Source of the DNA: Oculina patagonica
Taxonomy: Eukaryota
Direction of reading: 5' to 3'
Assembly: GCF_052425735.1 (NCBI RefSeq)
Contig: NC_135768.1
Span: forward strand, 1,054,001-1,118,000
DNA: 64,000 nt
Position 1 is the first letter of the stretch; every line of letters begins with the position of its first letter. The translations under genes and the position numbers were made by a program. The notes beneath the pieces are model-generated. The model did no database searches. It saw only the letters and a program-made list of their open reading frames with translations, and was not told the origin of the DNA. Below are positions 1 through 14,052 of the stretch, piece after piece.

Positions 1-59
1 TAATGGAACATATCTATTTTCAGTACAGCTGCTATAAATGCCTTTCACTAATTGAATAT

Positions 60-345
60 GGGAGGCGCGGTGGCCTAATGGTTAGTGCGCCGGACTCCGG
101 ATCGAGCGGTCGGGTCCGAGTCCTGGCTGGGGTCATTGTGTTGTGTTCTTGAGCAAGACACTTTACACTCATAGTGCCTCTCTTCAACCAGGTGTTAATG
201 GGTACCAGCAAATTTACTGCTGGGGGCAACCCCTGCGATGGACTAGCATCCCATCCAGGGCGGGAGTAGAAATGCTCCTAGTCGCTTCATGCTACAAAAA
301 CCAGGATAAGCTCCGGCCTGATGGGCCACTAGGCTCATAAGAAGA
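60..345 (+). mobile_element. tRNA-derived SINE, family 1
   Basis: A-box TGGCCTAATGG, B-box-like GGTCCGAGTCC and a CORE-like body (GCAAGACACTTTAC...AATGGG). Four copies in the window. Confidence 0.85.
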
Positions 346-368
346 CTTAGTAATTGAATATCTCATAC

Positions 369-2162
369 CTGGTAATAGTGGTTGTGCGTACTCCAAAGCA
401 AAATCTGCTGTAATAATAACAAGTTCAGCATCACCAACAGCTTCCTGGAAGCTTTTGTCAGGTTTGATGTTGTACTTCACTTTTAATGCATTCATTGGCC
501 TATTATGCGCAAAATGAACACCAAGCTTCATTGCAATGTACGTTCCCAGATTTATTGCACGTTCCATAAATGTCATTTTATCAGTAAACCCTGTGAGTAG
601 TTGTGGTACATAAGAGGTAGGCATGGGGATCATGTAGTTAAGAAGTGGAGTATTTGGTGGAGCATACAGAAACTCAACTCTCGGAATATCAAGAAGTTCA
701 CCAAGCAATACACCACAAAATGCAAGACTGTCATAGATAAGGAGATCAAAGCCTTTTAGTTCCTTGAGAACCTCTGCACTGTTCAAAGCACTTTCACAGA
801 AGGCAGACAGCACCTCACCCATTTTGAGCAGCAGTTGCATCTTGTTTCCCTCAAATTCATGCTTTATCAGGGTCTCTTCCGCAAAACCAGGTTTATATGG
901 TACTTGGTAAATCTTGTGTGGCACTTTCGAACTGGATTTGATTTTTTTGGATGAGGGAACAACAAGTACAACCTACAAGTAAGAAATAAAGGTAGAGTAA
1001 CTTTTTTTGCAGATTTTAGGCATGATCGAGTCAAATCTCACTACACCCCCTCCCCTTTCACACACCCCTCCCCTCTCCTCTCCCTCCCACCCATGCACAC
1101 ACACAGAATTTCCAATGTCCAATGACCTTCAACTGGTTGGGCATGGATATTATCTGGAACACACACAATAAGAGAGTGAACCACAGCAAGGTACAGAGAT
1201 GAGCTGCATGACTGCATGTACCGAGGGGGGGGGGGGTATTTTCAAAAATATTCTTTTAGCTGTGATGTCTCCTGGCTGAAACAATTCCATGAAACAAATC
1301 ACATGGTAGAGTGGGGTTTTGAGGAAAGAAGAGCTTTTTGCAGAAAAACAGGGGAGTTAGGAGATAATCCTAGGGGTACTCCCATAAATTTTGTTTAAGG
1401 GTGTGCCACAAAGGTTCCTAAACCCTGACCCTATTTAAGGATAAAGAAACCGAAAAATGACACCCTATTCAAGGGGAGGAGAAGCATTCTGTGACGACCC
1501 AAATAACGGCTAACCGCACATAATAAAAGACAAATCTTTTTTTCTCGTCGCAAAAAAAAGAACACCTGATCGCAGGTGTAATATGGCGGTGCAGGTTTCC
1601 TCGGTTGCCAAATGATAAAGTTCTTCCCAGATGCTCTTCAGTGTAAACGAGGTTAAAGAAACGTACGTGTGGAAAAAGATGACAAAGCCAACTGCAACTG
1701 GAAATACAAACTCAATGACGCGAGGCGACCCTCCTTGACATGCAAGATTCGATATGCCCCTTCCCACCACCCGCCAACATTAGCGAATTAAGAAAAATAT
1801 CAACAAAGTTCAGCTGTAAACCATTACCTACAAAACATAAGAATGTAAACCCAAACAATAATATCCTTTCTCCTTTTCGAAGGACATAATAGACAATTTT
1901 GATTGCATAAAAGAAATGAACACGAAATTTAGCGAGCCTTCGTAATTCAATTAGTGGACTATTAAAAAATCGTGCAAGCAGGGGCATGCATGACAATGCA
2001 AAAACTAGTTTCTACCTCGTGGCCCCTAGACGCCAGTTCTTCTAGTGTATTCCTCGTGTTGATATACGCTGATCCTCCAATTTCACAGAATCCAGCAATC
2101 CGAGCCGATAAAGCCGTGTTTATTGCTAGTAAAAGTGTGAAAAGCAAATACAACAACGCCAT
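369..2162 (-). CDS. UGT: UDP-glycosyltransferase (UDP-glucuronosyltransferase-like) gene A, 5' part: exon 1 2162-2016, exon 2 972-369; exons 3-5 lie left of the window
   Basis: Exon 1 encodes a signal peptide and ends ...GGSAYINTRNTLEELASRGHE|GT. Exon 2 runs AG|VVLVVPSS...FDLLIYDSLAFCG...YVPQLLTGFTDKMTFMER...AQPLLP-G|GT. Exon lengths 147/604 match the other paralogs. Confidence 0.92.
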
Positions 2163-3338
2163 CTTTCCCGGTTGGTGTTTCGTTGACCCCGTCACGCAAT
2201 GTGGGTAGGGCCCAGCCTTTCGCGCTTTTCGCGCCCTACCTTTCCCTGGCCCGTGACAAAATGGCGAGTCCCGAAAAGGATGGTGATCAAATTTGGGACA
2301 AAATAAACTCTTGGACAAGATCGTGACAGTGCCAGTACTGCCTCTCTCCATCCTATTTAGCAGCATAGAATAGTTATAGGAACGAGTGGAGACCAATTCG
2401 GCACGGAGCAAAAGTTATCCCGTTCCAGGTTAGCTGTACATCCTCGCAGGAAAGCCTGCTCACAGGCTAGCTATAGGTCAGCTGGGGGCAGTGGGAAAGG
2501 CTGGATTAGGACGATTAGCGCGAAGAACGGCGAGAGGCCTTCTCCCCACATGCATCCCTCCCCTTATTTTTCGCTCGCCGTTTCTCGCGTTGCGTTGCCG
2601 AACCCCTGAAGCATCAGGGAATCGCGGTTGTGCCTATCCTAGACTAAGCAATTTGAGTGTAAGTCACAAGTTATATGATTACAGACCTACAAGACCTGTA
2701 ACTATGACGAAATTTGACATAAAATAACCAACGGTGAAACGTTTCGGTGAACTATCGAGGTCTTTCCACTGCCCGAGTATATGCCGCAAAGATTTGGCTT
2801 ATCAAATTTTAGGGATTAGATTTGCTGAAAAGCCGTGTGCTTGTGTTTCCTACAGCTTTGCAGACATTGGGTTCATTTGCAACAAGTATATTCCGCTGAC
2901 GGAGACACCTTTTTCCTCATTACGCAATTTGTTGGGAAGAAGAAATTACCTGGCGAGCCAAAATAAGGAAAAGTCCCGATCTTGCAGGAAGGTGCCCACT
3001 GTTCAAATGAGCTGTGTTAACAGTCATTTTTTTGTCTTTCGAAAAGATCGAAAAGTAGTTGATGGGATGGGATTTGGGAGACTCCTCGGCCCCGCCATAC
3101 CTTAATGACATAGTTAATGGTTTGGTTCCCAGAAAGGGGTGGTTTTGATCACAAAATTTGTTCGGGAAATAGAAATTCTGCGTACAGCAAAGGAAACAAG
3201 AAGCTTGAGAAGCTTGAGAAGCTTAAAATCGGGCGCTTAATAATTAGCTATCTGTTTTGACTTGAAAGGCAGGGTACAGTACAGTAAAAATCACTGGAAA
3301 AACAGTCACTTAAACCTATTCAGGCGGGGGGGGGGGGG

Positions 3339-3867
3339 TAGGCTTTTATAGATTGTGCTAGCATAATTTTTGGCATAATTGGAGCTAAAAAGCATAATTT
3401 GTGAAACGAGCACTGCCACGGCATAATTAGCAATTTTTAGCACTTTTTGGAGCATAAATTCATAAAATGTAGTAAATATGGTGTACTTTCTACAGAAATA
3501 AATGAAATTTAGGTAGTTTGTTCTTGCAATGCGTGTTTTAGCTATACAATTGTGATTGTTAAGTCGTTGGAGGCATTTTACAAACGGTTTAGAGATGCGA
3601 GCAGCTAATTTGGACAGCTGACGGCCGTGATAAACTGCCATAAACACAAATAAATTTACAACAACAGTTTATTTAAAAAACATCATAATTTGGTGTCGTT
3701 ATTGCGCACCTCTATGTATAGAATCTACGTCATTTTGTGAGCATAATTTCGGAAATCAGAAGCATAATTTGGGAATTCTGGCATAATTTTTGCATAATTT
3801 GGCAAAATTTTGAGCACTGCTAGTAGCATAATATGCCACTTTTAGGAGCACAATCTATAAAAGCCTA
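3339..3867. mobile_element. hAT-like MITE inserted into a poly-G tract
   Basis: 21-bp TIR TAGGCTTTTATAGATTGTGCT; G-runs on both sides (TSD); many subterminal GCATAAT repeats. Confidence 0.8.
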
Positions 3868-6800
3868 GGGGGGGGGGGGGGGGCTTTTGAGGCCCGCGCT
3901 GACTTTGGACGGTTATAACTTTTTCAAGATTCAACCAAACGCTGCCAAACTTTGCGCGTTTATCTAAAATTTATCTCTCAAAAATTTGGTAGGATTAGTT
4001 ATTGTGCCAGTAACTTGAAATCACCATGGTAACGTCATTTTGACAGGCTTGTTTTCCCAAATTTGAATTTTTCGTGTTTCTATTTAATAATGAAAATCTG
4101 GAATGTTTTCAAGATTGCATTATTACTTTATGACATAATGGTCTCAATTTATAAAAATATATTTCGCACAATACAAATAAACGATTGAACTAGACGTCTA
4201 GAAAATATAAATTTGTAACACTTAGCAAAGTGCAGCCTTTTGCAATACTTAATAAAGGCGGGGTTTTTACCTGAAGAACAATTTTTCCAACGCCTTAGGT
4301 GGCTGACGCATTTCAGTATTTTCCAGCCCTTACAATTTAATGGAACAGTATACAACTCCTAATTAGGTAACTACTATTGTCAAGAAAATGATCACAACTT
4401 ATTGACCAATGATTAGGTATTTGTTTCATACCATTACTATAATAACAACTGGCGAAGAATAGTAGTACTGACCCAAAGTATAAGGGCTGGAAAACACTGA
4501 AAACCATTTCAGCCGCGTTTCAAGGAATCCAAAAAAGCTTTACTTATCCCATATATATTTGTTTTGCAGTATTTTGTTAATTTTGGACGATTTTGGGGGA
4601 TATCTGGGAGGCGATAGTTTTTCTCAAAGGATTAGTAAAATTTAGACAAATAAGAAATATTGGAGATTTAATGTGATTTTAAAATTTGAATTTGAAGTTA
4701 AAAATTGGTGGGCAGTCTCCTGACAACCTGGAGTGCTCTTGCGAGGGGGTCACTGTTTGGAGGTGTTTCCATTCTTTTCTTCAATCCCTTCTTTAAATCT
4801 CTTAAAGTTCCATTCAAATTCAGGTAGAACCCCACCTTAAGTTTTGTTCTTGTGTGAAAACAACAGAAGTCAAAGGTTGCGTGATAAAACCAAGCATGGA
4901 TTTTAACTCTCCCTCCCTTTCCATCTCCTTAGCCTTTCACCCCCACCTGTCCCTCCCTTTCTACTCTCATTCAATTTAATGTTTGTTTACATTTCCTAAC
5001 CAATTAAGTATCGTACTAATCTGTGCCAAGCAATCAGATAATAACAGAAATTTGCCTTAATTTTGATCTCCCATACCAAGACCTTAGAGTATAAACCGCT
5101 AATACAACAAAACACACTTGATAATAATTCTCTGAGGTTATACACCTTGCAGTATTAACGCACTAACGAACTTGATAACAAACCCCATGTCGTACTAAAG
5201 ATTTTTACTGATCAACATAGAAAATAAGTTCACGATGGTTTATTCCCAAAACGTTTTTTACTGTACAGAGGGTCTGTATATTGACCTGTAACTTGTATAC
5301 CGTATCGAAAAATTCAGAACGAACCGACTTCTGCCCGCTATCAAGATATCATGTTGAAAAGTTAGCTCGTTCGAAACCGTAGCAAAATCGTTAGAGACAG
5401 ACAAGATACAGCCGTTTACTGGCAGTCTTTGAAAATCCTGAATTTCGTCAAAATGAGCCAAAATAAAGTTTTAAAATTTCCTTTATCAATATGGTTCTTA
5501 TCTTTTTATTCAATTCTATGAACTGCTTTTATGCAGTACTGTCCACAAAGATTTCAATTTCCTCAAAGTTTCGGGACAAATGGATACAAATTATTTCGTG
5601 CAGAATGTAATTTGATTAAGCGAATGTTTTCACGTCTATAAATACTTCAAGCAGTGAATGAAAAACCGTTTTGTTTTCATCGATGAGAACCACTTTCAAA
5701 AATTTAATGCATAAAAAATAACAATCAGATCAGAATTAATGTAAGGTCTCGCTATTATGTCTCGGCAGAGATACTTCTTTTTTGCAAGTTCAAATGTATG
5801 CAAATTTCGTGTGAAATGTAATTCGATTCCATTGTCTTGTTTACAAACTCTTTCTTAAGAAAGTTGTATTTTCGTGAATAAAACCCATTGGCCTGTTTTG
5901 TTTTCCTGATCATGTTTGTCTGTGATTTTTACAAAATATGTGGTATTTTTTTCGGAACTTTATGTTGTACAAAAATTCCTATTTTGAACACAGATGTCAC
6001 TTCCGGAATTTCTCATTTATAATTCAATTGGTATTTAATTATAATTATCCGAAGTTTTCATTTTCAAGACATCTCTTTATTCGATAGCTTTACTGATCTC
6101 GTAAAAAATTCCATTCAAGTTCACACCAATACTGTACATTGCCAATGTTTTGCTGACGTCTTGAGAGGTGTCTTACTAACGTCACTAGTCAAATCTAAAA
6201 TATATCCAAACCATGTTGTTGAAACATTCTACTCTTTGTGACAGGCGACTTTGACGCCCAATTGTGCAGAAATGAAAATCGACATACTTCTTGCTAAATA
6301 TATAAAAAAATAGTTTTAAAGTGGAGTCCGCCTCAAAAGAATGTACCGTGAGATCACACTGCTATTTGTAGAAACCTGCAAAGCGTCTAGTTTCAAAGTT
6401 TCCCACAAAAACATTGCGTGACATGAATGACGTTACCCCTTTTATTTACAAAAATAGCTTCAACTTGTCAAAGCAACTACAGTTTCACAATGGTTATTAT
6501 TAGTACTTTACCCCTTAAGCTTTTTTCTCTGTCCTCCCGCCGAAGCAAAGAAGAGAACCAGATTGCGGATTAGCCCAAAAGTCGACCCAGTGTTTCTACA
6601 ACGATTTACTGTCAAAACTGAAATGAAACCGATTGGCCCAGGCTATCCCCGTCATTTTTAGCCGACAGGAGACTATCGTCTAGGACGACCAAAGGGTAAA
6701 CTATAAATCGGCCACGCCCGATTAATAAGAAACGTCTTGACTCAAAACCCCTCAAATCGCTCAAATTCGCCCTTTTGAGCCGCAGAGACGACAAAAAAAA

Positions 6801-6949
6801 AAACAAATAAGGTAGACTAACGTTTATTTTGAGCTTAAATTTTTCAGACACAGTATTACTTCATGTCTTCCTTTGAATAAATACTTAATTCAGAGGACGA
6901 AAAGGAACAACATTCTGCAGTCTTCCCTTCTCGTTTCGCCATTGTTTTA

Positions 6950-7190
6950 GGCCCCGTCCACACTGACCCGGGGTAAATTTGAAAACGCATCTTTTTTCCC
7001 CAGTTAGGCAAACCGTCCACACTGAAACGGCGTTTTCGGTCACCGAAAAACGAAGCTTTGCAAAAACGCTCACCAATGAAGCGTATCGTTTTCAAATTTA
7101 CCAGGGTTAATGTGGACGGAAAACATTTTACGCGGCGTTTACAAATTTCTCCGTTTTCAAAATTTACCCGGGTCAGTGTGGACGGGGCAC
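6950..7190. mobile_element. PIF/Harbinger-like MITE
   Basis: TIR GGCCCCGTCCACACTGACCCGG with TA flanks. The empty site is visible in the homologous sequence at ~19430. Confidence 0.75.
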
Positions 7191-8232
7191 TAGATATCAC
7201 AGCTTGCGTAACCACAGCGGAATGCGACACTTGATTGACAGAGGTGCGAAAACTCCCTCGAAAAACCCCGGGAGATCAGTTCTAATAACTAGTGGTAACC
7301 ACAGGTTAGAAAGTGCGGGCCTTGACGCACCTAGAACTGAAAGGTACTGACTGGTACGAGAGTGCGTAATGTTAGATGGTAGTGTCGATAAATAAATGAT
7401 AAAATGGACAAAAGACAATGGTATTCCGAGTAACGCGTCACGCAAGGAATGTTCATTTCCTATTGCAGCGAACCAATCTATGTTGTTGATTACACAGTTT
7501 TGTGAAGTGTAATCGAGCACTATGTTGTGCTTGCCTTTTGTTAACGTGGCGCGATTAATGAAAAATCACTGGACAAAACGAGCAACGCGTCACGCTTTAA
7601 TAATTGCCGCGAACCGGCCGCGAACCAGTCAGAGTTGTTTTTTGATTGACAGTTGATTGTGAAGTGTAGTCAAGCACGTGGTGTGAATCGAGATGTGATT
7701 TTCCTCGGTTGATAAACTCGCTCTGTTGTCAGTGATATAACGAATTCCTCGAGAATAACCGTTGCTGGAATCATTCGCTTTGCTGTTGTTTTATCTGTGA
7801 TATGATCACAGCAAATTTTCTCAAAAGCAGCACCTATAAAACAACGTCTACAGATTGTAATGTTTGAATTCTTCCATGTGACAGAAGCGTAGATCTTATG
7901 TGACAAACTGTTGAGAGATTGAATCATTTTTCGCATTCTTATCGTTCTTGGAGAAGAGATTTTTCTCTTCCGGTGTTACGACAAATTGTCGTGATTGACA
8001 CATTTTTTGCATTCTGATCGTTCTTAGTGAAAGAACAAAATTTTCAACTTCCGGTTTGCAGATAGCCTTTAAAAACGTGGCGCGCACGCGTAGTACGCAA
8101 TCCGCTGGTCTGTCAAGATTAGGGTTGCGGGCCTCTCTTGGGCCCGCAATAAAAAGATATGGGAAAGGGTTGACTCCAAGGGTTAGTATGGGAGAGGAAG
8201 GCTCCGGCTCATGTGCTCCTGCTTTCCATATG

Positions 8233-8304
8233 TTACTCCTTCTTAGTTTTGTCATCGCCCTTTTTACAGCAAATACGACAAAGACATCCACAAGCAAAGC
8301 GTAT
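8233..8304 (-). pseudogene. Remnant 3' end of a UGT exon 5
   Basis: Translates IRFACGCLCRICCKKGDDKTKKE*; the last residues match the gene G tail. No acceptor or upstream exon sequence. Confidence 0.85.
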
Positions 8305-10249
8305 TATATGGCTGCATTTCCTCCGCGAAGATAGGAAATTGTTAAACTAAACTACAAAGAAACTGTAATGATAAGTTCGAAGAACAATGCACAGGATAAA
8401 CCTTCGACTCATACTTCATGCAAAAACGTCGATATCTCGAAGAGACTTTGATTAACAGTAGATTTCTGTCGTACGTTACAATGAAGAAGAGACTAAAAAT
8501 CTACAAAAGGCATAAACTTGACTATTAAAACATAATCACACTGTTTCTATAATATCAGTTTTCCATCTTTCACTCCTTCTTAGTTTTGCTATCATCCTTT
8601 CTACAGCAAATACGACACATGCATCTAAATGTCAAGCGTATCACCATGACAACCAAGGTCACTATAGCAACAAGAAAAGCCATGACGTCAATTAAGTAGT
8701 ACTGATACCAAGGGATGTTAAACACTTGTGCTCTGAGGTGCCGGGCTCCACCATGTCTGAGTACATACTCTATCCAATCACAGGTTTCTTGAAGAGGCGT
8801 TCGTCGACGATCCTTTAACAGGCCAGAGATATGCATTGCTTTGCTTTTGAATCTGAAGAAGAAAGTCAAGGAGAAAAAAATGAACTTACTTATTTTAGAG
8901 TAAATTCTATAATCTGATCTAACTGGCACTATCTTAGACCAGTCCCTGAACTCTCCCTTCCGTGCCCAATAAAGGGGTTGAACCCAGGCGCGAGAAAAGA
9001 AAGTCTCTCTCTTCTCGCGTCTGGGTTCAATCCCTTTATAGAGCACGAAAGGAAAATTTTATGGGATGGGTTTAGCACTCTCTGTAAAACAAACGGTGCT
9101 AGGAATTTGCTAAGCATCTGAATCATTCGGGACCCTCGACCCGATGACACTCTTGGCATCCGTATGACACTCTTGGCATATCGCTTATTGACGTCACGTT
9201 TTCGCGCCTTTTCTACTTTGTTGAATGAACTTGGTTTCGTGTGGTTTGTTGTTAGCAAGCATCGACACGAAGCTGGCGAAGGTTTAATTTGTTTCACTCA
9301 GCATCGTAAAAAAATGAGTTTTCCAAAAAAGTTAAGAATGAGAACACAATAATGGAAACCTTGACGATTTCAAAGTTTTTAGAGGGGATTCTTCGCAAGC
9401 GATTTCACAAGTGCAAGATGTCGTAAAGAAGAAAACAAAAGCAGTTGAAAACTATCCATCGGCCGTCAAGACTTTGCCGCATCGGATTCAAGTCAAAGTC
9501 AGTGATGTTTTCAGTTCTTACGTGTTATTTAGTTGACAAGTATCGAGATATCTTTTCTGCCACTCGAACATAAAATTCATATCTTCTCGCTACCGTTTAG
9601 TATCCTCTATTTATTTTATTTTTTTTTCTTTTGCATTAAAGTCGTGAACTATGATGACTAGATCTTCTTCGCTTAGTTGATTGTCTTGCTGTAGGCATAG
9701 TAGAAATCATCCTTGTCCTCCTCAGCTACCTTGCTTGTTGGAGCATAACACTGGACGATATGTGCGGTAATATTCTTGTCTCTGGTCCCGCACCTGGGAA
9801 TGATAACTGACCCAAGAGTTAATGGGTTTCCAGGAGATCACGGCCTTGCGTGTCTCCGATGTCAACACAACAACAACGCTCTCATTGTGGTGCTCTATTT
9901 TCTGATGGCCTAAGTTGATGATATAGAGGATATTGCATGGTTGCACAGAGATATGAGATTTATCTTCGAGTGTTCAAATCGATTTGTCAGGAGTGAGCGC
10001 AGCGAACGAGTGATATATCGATTTGAACATATATCTCCAAGAAACTATATATCTCCAAGCAACCATGTAATATTCTATTTATTATATAACCCTATATGTT
10101 TTTGACGATTTTCCGTAGATTTCCGACCATTCACCGAAGATTTCCGAAGATTTTGAAAATGTTTTCCGAAGATTGCCGAGGAAGATCCAAAGATGTTCCG
10201 ACCTAATATCGATTAACTTTGGCTCATTCAACATTATAACAGGGCAAAC

Positions 10250-10420
10250 TCTCTTCTCAAGCCCTTAGCACGGGTGGAGTATAGGCCATTGCCGATCTCA
10301 GTTCTCCATCGGCCTCTGTCCTGGGCCAGCCTTCCCAGAGTGGTCTAAGTGTGACCCCAATTCCTCATTTCAGCCTCTAAACCTCTTCGCTAGGAGTTCT
10401 TTTGAAGACCCCTCTTACCT
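10250..10420 (-). mobile_element. RTE-like LINE 3' end fragment
   Basis: Minus strand ...GRLAQDRGRWR...LYSTRA resembles the AQDRxxWR RTE ORF C-terminus. Confidence 0.5.
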
Positions 10421-13129
10421 CATGCGCTTTGTTGTTCTCCATGTTTCCAAAACATAGAGGAGGACTGCTTTTGTTCTCTGTGAGATGACATGGGGGGACC
10501 ACACTTTTCTCAACATGTTGAAATCACAGAAGTCACTGGTTTCGCCTTGCAGTTTCACCAGAGCCCTGATGACCAGCATTATCTAACCAATAGGTACTAC
10601 TCACAACAGAGGCGTAGGGTTAGCCTCTAGCTTTAGAACCTTGCCTAATAACTTAATAACAAATTAAACATTAATTTTTACCTTGGTTCATTAATAACAC
10701 GCTCAATAGTCTCAAACAGTTGCTGGGCATTACTCGTTTTGAAATGCACAGCAAGACCAAGACCAAAATGTTCTACTTTCTTGGCATTACTGAGCTGGTC
10801 ACCAAACAAAGGACACGCCACCACAGGGACACCATGATACGGTGACTCATAGAAACTGTTCTGTCCCACATGGGAGACAAAAGCTTTGATGTCCTTGTGA
10901 GCCAATAGATCATTCTGAGGTAACCAGTCCACGACTTTAATGCTCGTGGCAAGGAAGGAAGGAATGTAACCTACAGGAGTGGAGAGAGACAACTGTCACC
11001 CATTATACAGAGTAGGTTAATAAATTAAATATTATTGATTTATTCCACACAGAGTTAGACCAATCGACTGGTCCACTCATCCACCCAACATCCAACCTGT
11101 GGTTGACCCACCCATTCACTCACTACCCATCCAAATAATTGAAAATAGTTTGAATGTATTAATGTTACCAGATGTACTACAGTCGAACCTCTATTAGGTG
11201 GCCACCTTTTGGGAAATTGTCAGGGCCACTTAACAGGGGTTGGCCGTATTTCTCTGAAATAAGTAGAAAGTGTGGTAAAAATATCACTTCATTCCCGGGA
11301 AATCAAAAAGATCATTACTAAGTGACAACGGAATCAGTCATTACTTCCAATTTTGGAATCTTATCTGCTGTTAGCTTGTTGAAAACAAGGCCAAACTATG
11401 TGTATTAACTTCTTGATAGCAACTTTATAGAGGTAAAAAAATAGAATCCTCATCGAAAGGACCGAAAGGTATATACGTAGCTGTGGTCACTTACCAGAGT
11501 GGCAGCTAAATAAGGGTTTTATTAAGAGTTTTATGCTGTCAATTATTTTGGGACTGTTATTAAATTGTCTATAGTACCTTTAAGTCTCCACACAACTCGC
11601 TGTTTCAGCTTCCCAAATGCTGTAGCTAACATATCCACCACTGGTTTTGGAAGAACTGACGCCACATTTGATCCAAAGGAAACAATGATAAAACCATGGC
11701 CCCCTGAATTGCTAACAAATTCTTCTAAATCCGGGGGAGGGGTTTAAAAGCATCTTTGACATTCAGTGGTCCAACCATAACATTGCCTGTTGAATTAATA
11801 CCACCATATAAAGTTATCTCAAGCCAGGCCAGTGCGGACAACTTGAACATGCATCAATCAATCAATCAATCAATCAATCAATTTATTAATGTCATGGCGC
11901 AGGATGAGGTTGCCCTCTATATTCGAGCCAGAGGCTCATGTTAAAAGCGCATGACAATAATTAAAATACATTATAAAAACAATAGAAATTAGTATAAGCA
12001 TGATGTGACACTGGAGCTAGAATTGCTAACTCCCCCTCTCTCCTCGGCAGAGGCTTCTTCACACTTTCAATAAAGTGTGGGGAGATTAGGACGAGGGAAA
12101 TTTGAAGTACGCAGTTGCATGCGGCAAGCTTACGACACGCCTACGACAAACATAAGCAAGTTGTAGGTTTGATTTACACGACACAATTCTTGTCGTAGGC
12201 CTGTCGTAAGCATGTCGCATGTCACAAAATTGTACCATGTAAATTGTCCTTAACACACTATACTCCATTATCACAGCTCACTCAAACTTGATAGACACCC
12301 ACAATATCATAATTTAGCTCAAATATGCCTTTCAAATGAAGATTGCATACCTGGTAATAGAGGTTGTGCATACTCTAAGGCAAAATCTGCTGTGATTATA
12401 ACAAGTTCAACATCACCAGCAGCCTCTTGAAAGCTTTTTTCAGGTTTTATGTTGTACTTGGTTTTAAGAGCTTCTACTGGTCTGATTAGTGCAAATGGCA
12501 TTAAAATCTTCACCCCAATGTACACTCCTAAATTTATTGCACGCTGAACAAAAGTCATTTTATCGGTAAATCCTGTGAGCTGTTGTGGAACATAAGAGAC
12601 CGGCATGGGGATCATGTGATCTAACGCAAATGGGTTTGATGGACCAGGCAAAATCTGGACTCTTGGAATATCAAGAAGTTCACCAACCAATACACCACAA
12701 AATGCAAGACTGTCATAAATAAGGAGGGCAAAGCCTTTCAATTCATTTAGAACCTCTGTGCTGTCCAAAACGGCTTCACACAAGGTAGTCAGCAGCCCTC
12801 GTACTGCAAAAAATGCCTCTATGTTTTTTTCCTCAATGTGAAGCCGCATGATGGTATCTTCCACAAAGCTAATTTGATATGGTACTTGGTAAATCTTGTG
12901 TGGTACTTTCTCACTGGATGTGATTTTTTGGGATGAGGGAACAACAATTGCAACCTAAAAGTCAGAAATAGAGAAGACTTAGTAAAGCTTTGCTTTGCTG
13001 CAGACTTTCTGCTTCAGTCAACTCTAGCAAGGTCCCATATGGTTAAGGGTCAATATTACTACGCTGTTCAAACGTCCCAAGGTGATGCAATAATGTAACA
13101 AATTGGCAAATTTTTCACCTATAGGCAAA

Positions 13130-13408
13130 AGGTAAGGTAAAGTCTTATCCCAGTTACTGTAGCATTAAAAGAGTATTTCTACTCCCCCTGGATGGGATGT
13201 TAGTATATCACAGGGTTTAACCCCCAGCATTAAATTCGCCGGTACCCATTTATACACCTGGGTTGAGAGGCACTATGAGAGGAAAGTGTCTTGCCCAAAA
13301 ACACAAGTCACACAACACAATGACCCCGGCCGGGGCTCGAGACCCAGACAGCTCGATCCAGAGTCCAGCGCACTAACTGTTAGGCCACCGTGTGACCCGT
13401 GTCTCCCA
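13130..13408 (-). mobile_element. tRNA-derived SINE, family 1
   Basis: Reverse-complement homology to 60-345. Confidence 0.8.
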
Positions 13409-14007
13409 CAACCTATAGGTAAAGACAAGATCTTTTTCTCAGACCTTGAGCCTGACTGCAAGCACGACTTTCAGTGCAAACATTATTTTCTACCTCGTGG
13501 CCCCTAGACGCCAGTTCTTCTAGTGTATGCTTCATGTTGATATACTGTGATCCTCCAATAGCACAAAATCCGGCAATCCGGGCCGACAAAGCCGTGTTGA
13601 CTGCTAGTAAAAGCGTGAAGAACGACCACAACAACGCCATCTTCCCCGTCGTGTTCGTCCGTCGACCTCGTCACGCAATGCGAAGTTCGGCCCAGCCTTT
13701 TCGCGCCTTACCTTTTCGTGCGTGACAAAAGACCGAACAATACATGCAAAGAAAGTTTAGTGGACTTTGAAAGACATAGACTGTCCACAGCCCTCTATTT
13801 TTTCGTGTTTTTTCGATCGACGAGCGCGCGATTTTTGCTTTTTTGCGTTGAAAAATCGAGAGGCTGTGGACAGTCTATGAAAGACACCAACACTACTGGA
13901 CAGCTAGCCCTGTATGCAATTCGCACGTCTTGTCCACTTAATAGGCTATCATCATGTTTCACTATCATAACTTTTTAAATAGTTTTAGTGTTTGCAATGG
14001 GGGTCGT

Positions 14008-14012
<5 letters not shown>

Positions 14013-14052
<40 letters not shown>

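Larger units (their letters stand above)
8570..13640 (-). pseudogene. UGT: UGT gene B, frameshifted (pseudogene or homopolymer error): exons 13640-13494, 12954-12351, 11786-11578, 10970-10682, 8852-8570
   Basis: All five exons have GT/AG ends. Exon 3 is 209 nt (paralogs 207/210) because one G is missing from the run at ~11733-11737, giving TAG at 11727-11725. The UGT signature WLPQNDLLAH...HGVPVVACPLFGDQ is present in exon 4. Confidence 0.8.

Noticed and set aside
60-135. tRNA gene calls for SINE heads (also 16610, 23411, 41935)
   Set aside because: The cloverleaves are defective and each head continues into a multicopy SINE body.
3870-6600. AT-rich stretch as a hidden gene or full transposon
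   Set aside because: It starts with a piggyBac-like end near 3310, but I found no matching other terminus or convincing coding motif.
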